A DNA stretch of 60,000 bases from Callorhinchus milii (taxonomy: Eukaryota). The stretch is from assembly GCF_018977255.1 (NCBI RefSeq), contig NW_024704743.1, forward strand, positions 112,346,001-112,406,000, in the 5' to 3' direction. Each line of letters starts with the position of its first letter. Position 1 is the first letter of the stretch. Below the pieces are notes generated by a model. The model was not told the DNA's origin and made no database searches. It was given only the letters and a program-made list of their open reading frames with translations. The translations under genes were made by a program, and so were the position numbers. This document shows positions 25,071-37,326 of this stretch, piece after piece.

Positions 25071-26212
25071 CTGATTCTTTTTCTTAAGCAGTTGCTTAAT
25101 ATAGATATATTTGTACCAGATTAAATAGTTAAACAGGCACGTTAAAGTCAGCAAGTGTAGAGTGAGAGTGACTGACCGGGTCATCTGGTGTATGTAACCA
25201 TGTAAGTAAGCAGCAGGTAGAAACTGAAACAACGGAAACTTCTTGGCTCTACTATTTACATAAATGTTTGAACATGGCAAGTAAATATGGGCTTGTCCCA
25301 CTATAAATGGCTGACGATACTCAGGTTAACTGCTTTTCTTTTTTTAAAAAAAATTGTATCACAGGTAATCTGCATTACCCTGAGCCAATACTACAACTAA
25401 GAAAATCTGGTTCAGTTTCACCAGATATAACCAGAATCCGGATATGTCTAACCGGGTTTCAATCAAGGTCGTTATCAGGATTTATTTTTAACACAATTCT
25501 TTTAAAAAAAGAATAAATCGGGCAATTGAAAATTGTGCGCATGAAAAAGTTACTAGAATTTTGAAATAAACTGCTGAATTGAGACACGAGCGGTTACAAC
25601 TGCAGTAACTAAGCATGGTTGACTGGCTGGTATTTATTAATGGCTTTCATTTCAACTGACAGGTCATGTTTCCCAATAAACCAGGCAATGAATCAAGTGT
25701 GTTTCAACCACTGCAATCCTCTCTAACCCCCAACCCCCACACTACCCCCCCCCCCCACCCATCCCCAACCCCATACACAATGAAGCAAAACTGCTCACAT
25801 ACATAACAACTATCTTAATGTGATACAGTTACCAAGGGTGACAAAGGTGTGTAGAGTGAGTGAGTGAGGGAAGGAAGGAAGGAGATGGTGGTGGTGGGGG
25901 GGGGGGGGGTCAATGAGAAGTGAAACTCTAAAGTCAAAGCCCCTCCCTTCCCCCCCAGCCCCCAATCCCATCACTTTAACACAAACTTCCACACAAGTTA
26001 AAGAAATGCACAGTGAATTCAATGAAAACAATAAACTGAAAGGGAGCAAAAGAGAGAAAACAAAACCCTTGTTGGAGAGGGGTCCAAGTCCGAAAGGTGA
26101 GGTCAGTCAGAGTCAGTCAGAGTCAGGAGCTGTGTTCAGTGCTGAGTTGCTACCTGTTTGTCCCTCTGGTGCTGGTGTGAGAGGAGGAGGAGGAGGTAGA
26201 GGAGAGTCTTAC

Positions 26213-26600
26213 CTTTTTACCCAACTCTTGCAGTACTTTTCCCTTTGTTTCCCACCCCCTGGGGGAGAGGCTGCCAGGCCAGGAGGGGAGAAGAGGCAGT
26301 CACAGAGCAGGTGTGTGGGACGTGGTGCTGCTGCTGTTGTTGTTGTTTGGGGGGTGGTGTGGGGGTTGGGGCTGAGGAGGTGGGGGGGGGGAGGCTTTGC
26401 TTTTACCTTCGCATCTGCTGCTGAGCACCTCTCTCTGGCTCTCTCGCTCCCAGGCGTCAGGCCCGGCCAACCTGTCACTGCATCGACCGACCTGCTGAAT
26501 AAACTCTTAAGTGGGTGGAGATGTTAAACAGTAACCAATGTCAAAGCACTCGCCCAACTCAGTGTGCACTCACTTTCATAGCCTTCTCACCCAGCCTTGC
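26213..26600 (-). other. candidate first (probably 5'UTR) exon of a minus-strand gene
   Basis: Strong donor AAG|GTAAGA at 26213/26212; GC-rich, low-complexity, inside a ~2 kb retroposon-free zone; the only ATG I noted (ATGCGAAGGTAA) closes at once; 5' boundary uncertain. Confidence 0.5.
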
Positions 26601-26900
26601 ACTTCTCTTTCCCTTTCCCTGTGGCTGTGTTTTTATATATATATATATTATATATATTAATCATATGTATATATATATATAATTACTCTGCTTCAGGGGA
26701 TAGAATTTCCCTTGTTTATTTCTTAAGGTGATTTCCAATCTGATGCATCAAACTTTCAACGGAGCGTCTTCAAGGTGTGTTACCTGCGATACAACTTAGT
26801 TAGGGGTGATTACCTGTATTTTATTATTATTACCTGTATTTTCCTAATCGTTTCAGAGGGAGGCGGCGGGGCAGGGGGAGGAGATGGACTAAAATGTTAC
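26500..26900 (-). promoter_or_regulatory. candidate Pol II promoter
   Basis: CCAAT at ~26535, minus-strand TATATAAAA at the edge of the (TA)n tract (~26631-26640), GC-box-like GGAGGCGGCGGGGC at ~26859-26872. Confidence 0.4.
26634..26681. repeat. (TA)n microsatellite, interrupted
   Basis: Direct reading. Confidence 0.9.
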
Positions 26901-27149
26901 TTTGTAGAAGGTGGAGGGCAACAAAAACTTACCTTGACCTGGGTTCCAACTCCTCCTAAAGTCACCTTAAATGTCAAGTCTAAATGTCGAACGTAGGTCT
27001 CAGAAGAAACACTAAGCATGTACCCCAACTGGCGGGCTAAGATATGTTACTGATACCTGAACTTTTAGTAATGGTCACCCCTAACCCAACCTGAAATTTT
27101 ATGTCCATTTGATCATTATATTGATTCGCCCAATATCGTTCTTGTTCTG

Positions 27150-27582
27150 TGTGTTAGGCTGGCTCAGTGGAAGCATTCTCACCTCTGAATCAGAAGGCTG
27201 TGGGTTCCAGCTCAAGTCAGGACTTGGAATCGTGCAATATAAAATGACACTCCGATGCAGTGCTGGGGTGTCTTGCGTTGCTGGAGGATCCATCCTTTGC
27301 ATGAGACATTAGACTGAGGTCCTGTCTGCCTGTTCAGGTGGACATTAAAGATCCCATGATACTATTCGAAAAGAGAAGGGAACTTCTCCCAAGGACATGG
27401 ACAACAAATATAATTGGTCACTCACTCCATAGCTGTTTGTGGGGCTTTTCCGGGCACAAACTGACTGCTAATTTTTGCCCACAAAACACTCAGTAAATCC
27501 ACTTTACAGTACATCCTGTGATGCGGTTTAAGATGCCTCAACAACATGATAAGGTGCTATATCAAATTCAAGGATTATTATA
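27150..27582 (+). mobile_element. older Deu-domain SINE
   Basis: GGCTGGCTCAGTGG head, CAGGTGGACATTAAAGATCCCATG, tail. Confidence 0.8.
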
Positions 27583-28395
27583 ATATGGACCAATTCGTTC
27601 CTACCATAATAATAATTCTTTCTCATACATTGGAAATGTCTCAAACGACTTCATTGGATTTTACTGTGAAATGTAGTGACAACAGTCAAAGTTCTCACAG
27701 CAATGTCCCACAAATAGCCATGATATGAATGACAGATTTTACCTGGGGATTGTTGGCCAGGATAATACTGTTTTGAACAAGATTAATAATAGCTGTAGTT
27801 AAAACAGGGATCAATAATTTAGGACTTTCAAGCAAATGGTTAATCTTTGGGACATCCTCCCGACATGAAGGTACTACACAAATGTAATTTGTTGTTGTTG
27901 TTATAAGGCTGAATCTTTTGAGAATTGGCTCAGGATTCCTTTCTTAGAGTCTGTGTATATTTTGGCTCCTCTAATACAGTGCAGGGTGGTGTTAATATTA
28001 CAATGTTGATTTTTACGTGTTTAAATGGAACTCACATAGATAACAGTTACATTGTTTATAGAAAGAATTTGAGAGTACATAGCTTTCAGAATGAAACTAT
28101 ATTTTGATGAATTAGCTGATATAACAAGGGATAAAATGATACTTTTTCAAAAATATTTTTTAATAATATAAGTTATTCCCAACATTTGATCCAGTGCCTA
28201 CAGTATTGTATCAACCATTGTATCAAAGTGTTTCACCCACAATGGTTACAAAATGTAATGTTTTGAATACAAACATTGCAATGGAAAAGCACAATTTGCT
28301 TCCCGCACAAAACAGTCATATGTGTAAAGAGCAATGCAAAGTATACGTTTAAAACCATCCAACTTTGGGACTACTTGAGAATAACCCACTTTCAT

Positions 28396-28722
28396 ACAAC
28401 AACAACTTGGATTTATATAGAGCCCTCCACACCGGACAGCGTCTCAGAGCGCTTCACAGTAACGGATCCCGGGGCCGAGCCAGGGGGAGGGGGAGGAAGG
28501 CGACCAAAGACACGGTTGAAAAGAAAGGTCTTCAGCAGAGACCTGAAAATAGGAAGAGAGGGGGCGAGGAGAAGGGAGTGAGGAAGGGAGTTCCAGAACC
28601 TCGGTGCATAGTGGCTGAAGGCACGACCGCCGAGGGTGGAGCGGAGAACACGGTGGGACGAGTAGGAGGCCAGACCCTGAGGAAAGAAAGCAACGGGCAC
28701 TGTTTTGAGGAGAGAGGAGGTA
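28396..28722 (-). mobile_element. young L2 3' fragment (type B)
   Basis: Antisense 'GGRAFSHYAPRFWNSLP..L...SLPIFRSLLKTFLF'; (CAA)n tail; similar to 47870-48270. Confidence 0.9.
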
Positions 28723-29296
28723 TACATGTATTTGTTCCCATGTACATGTCCCCAAATACATGTATTTGAGGAAAAATTCAGGTTAGTGTTCCGAAAACTA
28801 CTTAGGAATTCCACATCATCTTGTTCAAAAAATAGTTACAGTATAAATATGAAAAGGAAAAGTTTATACATCTTCAGTCACCCATTGCTGGAGTTGAGGA
28901 TGAACCCCATCGAATGTGTAAATTCAGGAGTTTATGTGCATCCTTTTATGAATGAACTGTGCCAAAATGCTTCATTTTGAAAAGTATTGCGTTGTCAATT
29001 TTAATAAATAGCCAGTGTATTTTAAAACATCCAGTTTTATCCAGAAACGCAAGAAGATACATTCAAATGTTGGTGCGTGTAACTTTCAATCACAGTTTCT
29101 CAGGCTCCTCGGTTTTGAAGGTTGATGCAATTCAGATGCACCTCTCCTCAATTGCTTGTTCTTCAGCACTTGGTAAAAAGGAGCAATTCAGCATCGCTTA
29201 ATAACCCATCTGTTCAGGCAATACAGTTTTAGCATTCCTTACCTGTTGGAACAGTATTGCTAAGTTTAAGCCATTGCAAAAGGTTACATGTTTTGA

Positions 29297-29450
29297 TGAC
29301 CCTCCTCTTCAACCATTCCTTCAGCTACCCTCCCTGCCCTCCACCCTTCCTTAACCCCCCCCCACTCCCCCATCCCTGACTGTCCAGTGCCTTGGGATGC
29401 CCTCCCGACAACATGAAAGGGGCTACACAAATATAATTTTGTATTGTATT
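29297..29450 (+). mobile_element. L2 3' fragment (type A)
   Basis: GTCCAGTGCCTTGGGATGCCTCCCGACAACATGAAAGGGGCTACAC. Confidence 0.75.
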
Positions 29451-29482
29451 TTGTGGGTGAGACGTGGCAGCCAATTGTGCGT

Positions 29483-29755
29483 AACAATAATCCTTGCATT
29501 TGATATAGCTCATGTCTTCGAGACGTCTCAGAATAAACTGTAAAGTGAATTGACTATATTTTGTGGGCGAAACGTGACAGCCAATTGCACACAGCAGTGT
29601 CTTACAAACAGTCATGGATTGAAGTGACCAATTTATTATTATTTTTTTGAAGGGATTATTACCCCCGGAAAAGCGATCCGCCAATTGGCTAACAACCGGA
29701 TTTCTACTTACTGCTAGGTAAACAGAAGCATGTGGAGTAAGGAAACGTGCCCAAG
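29483..29755 (-). mobile_element. young tRNA-SINE, long form, head truncated
   Basis: CTACTTACTGCTAGGTAAACAG segment, Deu-like region, tail. Confidence 0.85.
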
Positions 29756-30493
29756 GAATGAATAAAATGTGTTGTTTGTATTTTTTATAAATCTTTTAAT
29801 ACCCTCAGGGTAAGTTCTACCAAAATATCCTAATCCATTGTCATCACGCAGAGCTCCAGAATATACATCAACCCTCACGTATTCATTATTCCAATCAGTA
29901 TCTGCTCACACCTAAAGAAAATACTACCCCTACCCACATTCTGTAACACAGGAAACATTATGCTCCGTCAGGTAATTGTTTGATCAGCTCAGTCTGTCTT
30001 GTCCCTATCACCTCCAATACAATTCTGTGGGGCCATATCACCTCTTATCCCAATTTGTCTTGACCCTATCATCTCCATTCCCACTCTATGTCACTGTCAC
30101 CTCCAATCACATTGTGTCTGTTCCAATCACCTCTAATCCTATTGCCACACAGATATCTGTCCATCTTTTTAAGGACCTAATCAACTCAGCCAGAACAGCT
30201 TTTGCTGGGAGTCTGATTTGAATACTCAAAATTCTGCAGGAAAACAAGTTACTGCCGGTATCTTGTCTTGATTTGAGTCATGAATTTTGAACCTTAGTTT
30301 TCTCCAGATACTAACTTACTTTTTAACTTTATTTTTAAAATAAATATTTTGCAAATAAATATTTTGCAATGGCATTGAGTTATTGTTTCCAAAGACTCTT
30401 AACACTTCTTAGCTGGTTTCACACTTCTAAATCATTCAATTAAATTGTTAATGTGGTTAGCAAGTCTGAAATCATTGTCTTTATAGCTCAGTG

Positions 30494-31566
30494 GTCCTGT
30501 AGCTCAGTGGTTAAGCACTCATAAGCGAGAGACCTGGGTTTGATTCCTGATAGGGTGAAACCTTAGGCAAGTTTCCTTACTCCACATGCCTGATAATAAT
30601 CCCTCAAGGAAATAAATAAAATAATAATTTGGACACTCAATCCACGACTGTTGGACACTTCTGTGCGCAATTGGCTGTCACATTTTGCCCCAAATATAAC
30701 AACAACTTGCACTTATGTAGTATCCTCCACGCAGAGCGCTTTAACAGTGGTGGAGCCTGACTCCGAGCCGGGGGAAGGAGAGAGGTGGAATGAAAGCACA
30801 GTCGAAGAGGAAAGTCTTCAGCGGGACTTGAAAGAGGGGAGATAGGGGCCAAGTGGGAGGGATTGAGGGAGAGTATTCCAGAGTTTCAGGGCGTAGTGGC
30901 TGAAAGCGCGTACTCCAATTGTGGGGCGGAGGGTGCAAGGACAAGCAGGAGGCTGGTGCCAGTCAAGAGGAGGCGCCGGGTAATGGATTGGGGAGTGAGG
31001 AGGTTGGAGAGGTAGGGAGGTGCCAGGGAATGAAGGGATTTGAACACGAGTGTGAGGATCTTGAAGTCGATCCATTCGGTGATGGGGAGCCAGTGGAGCC
31101 TGGCCAGAACTGGGGAGATGTGGGTACGGAGTTTGGTCCGGGCCACTATGAGGGTATCAGGGAGTTCTGAATGAGCTGGATCTTTTGAATAGTGGAACTG
31201 GGGAGACGGGAGAGGAGTGCGTTTGAGTAATCCAGGCGGAAGGTGACAACCATTTGAACGAGGGTTTTGGCTGCATTTGGGGTAAGGTACGGTCAGAGGT
31301 GGGCAATGGGGCAGAGGTGGAAGAAGGCGATCATGGTCAGGGACCAGATGTAGGGTAGGAAGGACAACTGGGTGTCGAACTGAATACCTGGGTTGCGCAC
31401 TAGTTTGGTGAGTCTGAGGGAGAATCCAGGGAGGTTGAGGAGTTTAGATTCGCAGGAGAAATGACAAACATACAGTCAATTCATTTTACAGTATATTCTG
31501 TGAAGCGCTTTGAGACACCTGGAAGACGTGAAAATGTCAAATGCAAGCGTTATTATTATATTATTA
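30494..31566 (+). mobile_element. young SINE (30494-30698 and 31465-31566) interrupted by an antisense L2
   Basis: SINE stops at CAAATATA (30691-30698) and resumes at CAAACATA (31465-31472), a TSD-like pair. Confidence 0.85.
30699..31460 (-). mobile_element. L2 ORF2 C-terminal fragment (tail type C)
   Basis: HISPVLARLHWLPITEWIDFKIL..FKSLHSLAPPYLS motif. Confidence 0.9.
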
Positions 31567-31679
31567 TCTCCTGAAGAAAGACTGAGCAATTTTACCTTGA
31601 TCGACCCACAGTCTGGAAAGTCTATCTAACTTTACATCCTAAATAATTTATCCACAATTCCTTCCCTCATATGATGTTT

Positions 31680-32106
31680 GTAATAATAATAATTATTATC
31701 CTTGCATTTGATGTATCACCTTTTACGTTCAGGAGGACATCTCTAAGCTCGTCACAGGATTTAGTGCAATATGCAATGACTGTGTATTCCAGGGGCTCAC
31801 TCGGTTGCCAGTTTATCCACAGCAGTGTTCCACAAACAACCATGAAGTTGATGTCCAATTGTACCTGGAGGTTGTTGATCAGGACACCAAGAAATACTCC
31901 CGTCCTATTTGAATAATGTCCGCCCGAATAGGCAGACAGGATCCCAGTTTAATGTCTCATCAGAAGGATTGTACCTCCAACAATTCAGGGCTCCCTCAGC
32001 CTAGAATGTCAGACTAGAATGTGCATTCAAAGTCCCGATTTAGGGCTCAAACCCACAACCTAGAGACTCAGCAGCAGGAGTGCTACCCACTGAGCTAGTC
32101 TGACAC
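31680..32106 (-). mobile_element. older Deu-domain SINE
   Basis: Antisense tail, Deu-like body, and head TGCTACCCACTGAGCTAGTCTGACAC. Confidence 0.75.
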
Positions 32107-32211
32107 CACATTTCTTTGTTAATTTGATTATTTCTATCTACCTTTATCTCAAAATCACTCAGCAACTAGAAATGTACCTAACTATATTGAACGAACGTTA
32201 ATCAACAAAGG

Positions 32212-32289
32212 AAAATTCTGTATTATCAACACAAGTCCCAACAGTTGCTAAAACAGCTGTTGGGACTTGTGTTGAGAATATAGAATTTT
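32212..32289. repeat. hairpin, 36-nt arms, 6-nt loop
   Basis: AAAATTCTGTATTATCAACACAAGTCCCAACAGTTG-CTAAAA-CAGCTGTTGGGACTTGTGTTGAGAATATAGAATTTT, 33 of 36 positions Watson-Crick. Confidence 0.9.
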
Positions 32290-33711
32290 TTGTGGGCAAA
32301 CATGGCTGACAATTTGCACACAGTAATATCCCACAAACAACCATGAAAAGCTTTATTCTTATTGAAGACATTCATTGGGTCAGAAAAACTCCCAATAAGC
32401 AGATAGAATAAATATTCACTTTTTCAGTACAACTGGTATAGGAGCAGGAGAAGGATGTTCTAACCAGGCTTCTTACATTGGATTCCCATTGGATCACAAA
32501 GTATCACATTTAAATGAATCACATCCAGTGTAAGGAACATGCCGACTAAATCAGGGATTCACCAGCCATACAAGGGAAATAGGATGCAGAGGTTTGTGCT
32601 CCCTTCTCTCTGCCACTGAAACTCGCACCAAGAACAGAAACCAACTTCTTTCCCCAAGTCCAAGGTCAGAAATCATCAGCCTCGAATACTATCCATGATC
32701 CCTGAGAGGGACTGCAGACACTAACCATAGCCTCACCAGTGCAGCTGTGAATACAGACAGCAACATCAGCGAGGCTTATCTGCCAGCACAATAATAAGAA
32801 TAATACTTGCATTTGATATAGCGACTTATCACGTCTTTGAGACATCTCAAAGCACTTCACAGAAAATACTGTAAAGTGAATTGACTGTATATTTGTGAGC
32901 GAATTGCTATCCGACACATGAACAGGATAAAACGGATAAATAGCAGCCTATGAACCCAAGAGAAAATGAGGCTAGTCACTGTCGTCTTTACCTGCAACCT
33001 AGCAACACATATATTGACAGCTTTTTTCACTGCCAAAGCAGCAGCTTAGCCTCTAGGTAGCACCATCTACTTCTCAGCAGCAATAAGAATAGATGGCCTA
33101 CTTCCTTTCTCCTTCTCCACTGTAGGTTTAGCCATCATCTAATTATTCTCCAACCACTGTTGCAAGCATACTACCTCGCATATATAATATATTCTGTAAA
33201 GTGCTTTCAGATATGATGAGACGCTATATTAAACACAAGGATTATTATCCTTTTTCAGCTCCAGTACAGGATTATATTTCATACTTTTTATTTAATAGTC
33301 TTTATTATTATGCACCAAACGTAGCTCAACTTATTTAGGAGAAGAGTTTGCCATTAGTGAGCTAAATTGCTTCCTAGTCTAGATGTGGGTCAATAAAGCA
33401 GTGGTTAACTTACCTCTGATGTATGCCTGAGCTTCATTACTTTTCACTTAACATGGAAACATAATCAATATGTTACCCTATGGAGGTCAATTAACAAGCT
33501 TCAATCCATTAGCTGTCCAAAAGGAATATCATGTCAAGCTGTGCCGTTTTTCGAAAACATTTGTTCAGGTCGGTCTGAACTAACTCTGCTTTTAGACACA
33601 CTACCCACTGAACTACCTTACGTTACAAAGTTACATTACTGGACAACCAGCAGCAGAATGAGTATAGATAAACCTTCCGCTCCTTCAGGACTTTGAATTA
33701 TTCTTTTATAG

Positions 33712-34143
33712 GTCAGCCTGGCTCAGTTGGTAGTACTCTCACCTCTGAGTCAGAAGGTTGTAGGTTCAAGCTGCACATAGGGGACTTTGAACCCAGTCTA
33801 GGCTGACACTCCAGTGCAATGCTGGAGGAACACTACATTGTTCAGAGATGCCATCCTTCCATAAGATGTTAAACCGAGGTCCTACTTGCGTATTCAGGTA
33901 GATGATAACAATCCCATGGCACTGTTCGAGATGGGATGTTTCGCTTGGTGATCTAGTCAACAATTACCCAGAAAAAATTGGTGAATTCACTTTGTGGCTA
34001 TTTGTGGGACATTGCTGTGCGCAAATTGGCTGCTGCATTTGCCCACAAAATACACTGTGATTGCACTTTATAGTACATCCTGTGAAGTGCTTTGAAACCA
34101 CCTCCTGATGTGAAAAGCTCTATGCTAAATGTAAGGATTATTA
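33712..34143 (+). mobile_element. older Deu-domain SINE, near full length
   Basis: GTCAGCCTGGCTCAGTTGGTAG head, GGCTGACACTCCAGTGC, CCCATGGCAC, GGGACATTGCTGTGCGCAAATTGGCTG. Confidence 0.85.
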
Positions 34144-34144
34144 C

Positions 34145-34545
34145 CTTCTCGTCCTCAGCTTCAAGACTTTCCATAGCCTTGACCCCTCCTACCTCTCTGA
34201 CCTGCTAACCCCTTATCAACCTGTCCACTCCGTCCACTCAGCAGGCTCCAGCCTGCTCCATGTTCCCCCGAACCGCCCCACCATCGGCGGTCGGGCCTTC
34301 TGCTCTCTGCCCCCACCATCTGGAACTCCATCCCAAATTCTCTTCACCTCATGCCCTCCCTTGCCTCCTTCAAGGCACACCTCAAGACTCTCCTCTTCGA
34401 CCGTGCCTTCGGCTACCCTCTCTGCCCTCCATCCTCCCTGGTCCCAAACTATCCCGACCCCCACATTCGGGTCCTAATTCCTGACTATTCAGCACCTTGG
34501 GACTTCCTCCCGAAGTGAAAGGTGCTTTACAAATGTATTTTAGTA
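34145..34545 (+). mobile_element. L2 3' fragment (type A) inserted in the SINE tail
   Basis: Pyrimidine-rich ORF2 end and CAGCACCTTGGGACTTCCTCCCGAAGTGAAAGGTGCT tail. Confidence 0.85.
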
Positions 34546-34551
34546 TTAATT

Positions 34552-35956
34552 GAGTTGCTCAATCCTTGGCATGACACATTTTAGACTTATTATTATTATT
34601 GCATTTAATTTTAATTGCATTTTAAATGAGATCTTTCTTTGTGAAACCGTCTGGCTAGAATGATTCTCATTTAGGTGTCAGCCCGGCTCAGTTGGTAGCA
34701 CTCTCAGCTGTGAATTAGACGGGTGTGGTGTGAGTTCAAGCCCCACATCAAATCTTTGAGCTCAGGTTCCTCTGTGAAAAGGAGGAATGCTGTCAAATCC
34801 TCACCAAACCACCAGGTGGTGCAATTTAACATAAGGAGAAAAAAGATGCTGTATTTTGAAGTCGTGAACAATCTTCTGAATGAAGCAATCCATCCAGGCA
34901 CTGAAAATATGGTTTGGCTACATTTTAAACCATGAAATAAACATTTTGGGACAAAGGCTACTTATAAAATGTTCAATCTTCTGAGTTTTATCCATTAATA
35001 AATACTGAAATTGCATTGAATTGCCACACATTTTTTGTCATATCTCAGAGAATTGGTCACTGTACATTTGGCCAAATAAATTGGAGGTTCATTATCAATA
35101 GATACTTTTTAGAACTATTTCACCAATTGACTAAAAAAAGTCAGTTAGAAATATAGAAAACAGGAATAGGAGGAGAAGATCATTCAGTCCATCGAGCTTG
35201 TTTCACAGTTGGTCAAACTTTCAACATTGTAACCTTGAAATGCAAGTGCCTGGTAGCTCAGCCAGTTGAGCGCCAGGCTTGAGACTAAAGTTTCTAGATT
35301 GAAATCCTGGTGGTGTTGCTCAGCAATTAATCATTTCAATATAATATTGTCTTTTTTTGTTTCACAATAAATTCCCTGGGTCTTCCAGTAGCTGAATCTG
35401 CTCCGAGGAGATATGGCCACCGAAATTTTGTTGCTGAGCGTATCACACTGTTAAAAATACCTTAAAGATCCAACTCAGGATGACGAATATTATTATAATA
35501 ATCTTTGCTGGTGATGCTAAGATATGACATAAGGAAACTAAATAGTATTCAGTATGGATATAATAGCATGAAGATTCTGGATAATCTGGCATTACATGGA
35601 ATGCAATGCAAAGCACTCCATTTTTGTTCACTTGATAGCTTTCATAGAGGCAGAAATTATTTTTACAATGACTGGCTCTGAACTCCTACATGAACTGTTA
35701 ATGCAGGTGATTGCAGGAACAGGAACATCATCTCGCATGTGTGGTCTAAATGCCTTGTATCTCTATCCTGGTGACTTGCCCATCAGATATGTCTGATTCG
35801 ATTAAAACACCAGCATTGATCAACCTTGAATTTGATCAGAAGAAAAGCAAAGATTTTTAAAACTAAATTTTTTTGCGAGATTTATTGTTGTTACACGTTG
35901 TCCAGATCAGTAAGAAAAACAGTCTAAAATGTGTCATGCCAAGGATTGAGCAACTC
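34552..35956. repeat. perfect 36-bp inverted repeat (34552-34587 and 35921-35956)
   Basis: GAGTTGCTCAATCCTTGGCATGACACATTTTAGACT versus AGTCTAAAATGTGTCATGCCAAGGATTGAGCAACTC. Confidence 0.95.
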
Positions 35957-36717
35957 GTAGGGAAGTTGAGAATATACATAAAGCCAGTCCTAGAGATTTT
36001 CTGCTTTTTTTTTAGGTATTTTGAACTCTAAGATGATCCCATGGGAATGCTGCCAATGTTTTGCTGAACTTCCTTTTTCTTTATTCATTATGAAATTCAT
36101 ACGAAAATATATTATGGCACTGAAAAGTGGTGAAATATTAGCTTGCACATTTAATAGGTCTGATTTTTTCTTGTGATTTAAAGAATAAAGCTCCACTTGA
36201 TCATTTTTACTCCAGAGAAATCAAATGGCAACTGTACCTTGTCTTAACTGCTTGCAAGATCTGGTTGAATAAGTGCCAGAGTCAGTGGGAGAAGGGGCTT
36301 TTCAACTTCTAGCCATTAAAAACACCCAGGTTCTGGACTCAATATCTCCAACAGTACATTGATTTTTTTATTGAATTGCTATCAAAGCACATTAACACAG
36401 CATCTTTTCAGGCAATGTTTTTTAAACCAAGAAAACTATAATTTATCGTTGACGACTAATAAAAAAAGTGTTTTAAAGTAATCGCCCACCAAAGTTTACC
36501 TTGAAAAATCAGTCCTTTCCATTGAGCTGCTTTTTGTTGAATCCATAAAAATTACATGGGAATTTTCTATAGGTTTTCAAACCCGTTTGTGAATAGAGGA
36601 GCATTGTTCATCTTTCCAAACTATTCGGACTACACAACAAAAATATCCTTATAATTTTGTTGTGTGTCAAATATCTATAAAATAAGTCAAAGTGCAAAAC
36701 CAGACAGTTGAGATCAA

Positions 36718-37326
36718 ATTGGCTGAGTTGGTAGAACTCTCGCCTCTGAATCAGATGGTTGAGGGTTTAAGCTTCATGTTGGGGATTTTGAACTCACAAT
36801 TTAAGCTGACATTCCATTGCAGTCCTGGGGGAGCATTGGATTGTCAGAGGTGTTGTCCTTAGATCAAGTGTTAAACTGAAGTCCTGTCTGTCTGTTTGAG
36901 TGGACGTTCTTATGAGGATTCAAAATGAGAGGGAGTTTCTCCCTCTGCCCTGACCAACAATCCCCCACATAAAATTTATAATATTCATTTCATGACTGTT
37001 TGTGGGACATTGCTGTGTTCAAATTGGCTGTCACGTTCACCTATAAAATATACAGTCATAACACTTTGCAGAGAATCTTGTAAAGTGCTTCGAGATGTCC
37101 ACTGGTAGAACCATAGAAAGAACCATAAAACAATTTACAGCACCGAGGAAGGCTATTCAGCCCATCATGCCTGTGCCAGCTTCTTTGCCAACAATCCTTT
37201 CAGTCCCATTTACATTCCCTTTCCCCATACCCCAATAGTTTACTCCTTTTAAGGTGTTTATCTTAGTCCCCTTTTAAAGCCAAACTGAGGTGAAAGGCGC
37301 TATATGAAATTCAAGATTATTATTAT
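36718..37326 (+). mobile_element. older Deu-domain SINE with an antisense CR1 3' end inserted (~37105-37285)
   Basis: SINE tail is split: GAGATGTCC...[AGAACCATAGAA...TTCAGCCCATC...]...GTGAAAGGCGCTATATGAAAT. Confidence 0.75.

Noticed and set aside
26209..26478. 89-aa minus-strand ORF over the candidate first exon
   Set aside because: Starts at GTG, is low-complexity and not recognisable; treated as probable UTR, though non-AUG coding is not excluded.
25913..26527. 204-aa plus-strand ORF
   Set aside because: Low-complexity product of G/C-rich tracts with no recognisable domain; the splice signal favours a minus-strand exon.
32520..33120. Possible LF-SINE-like relic
   Set aside because: Similarity too vague to support by eye.
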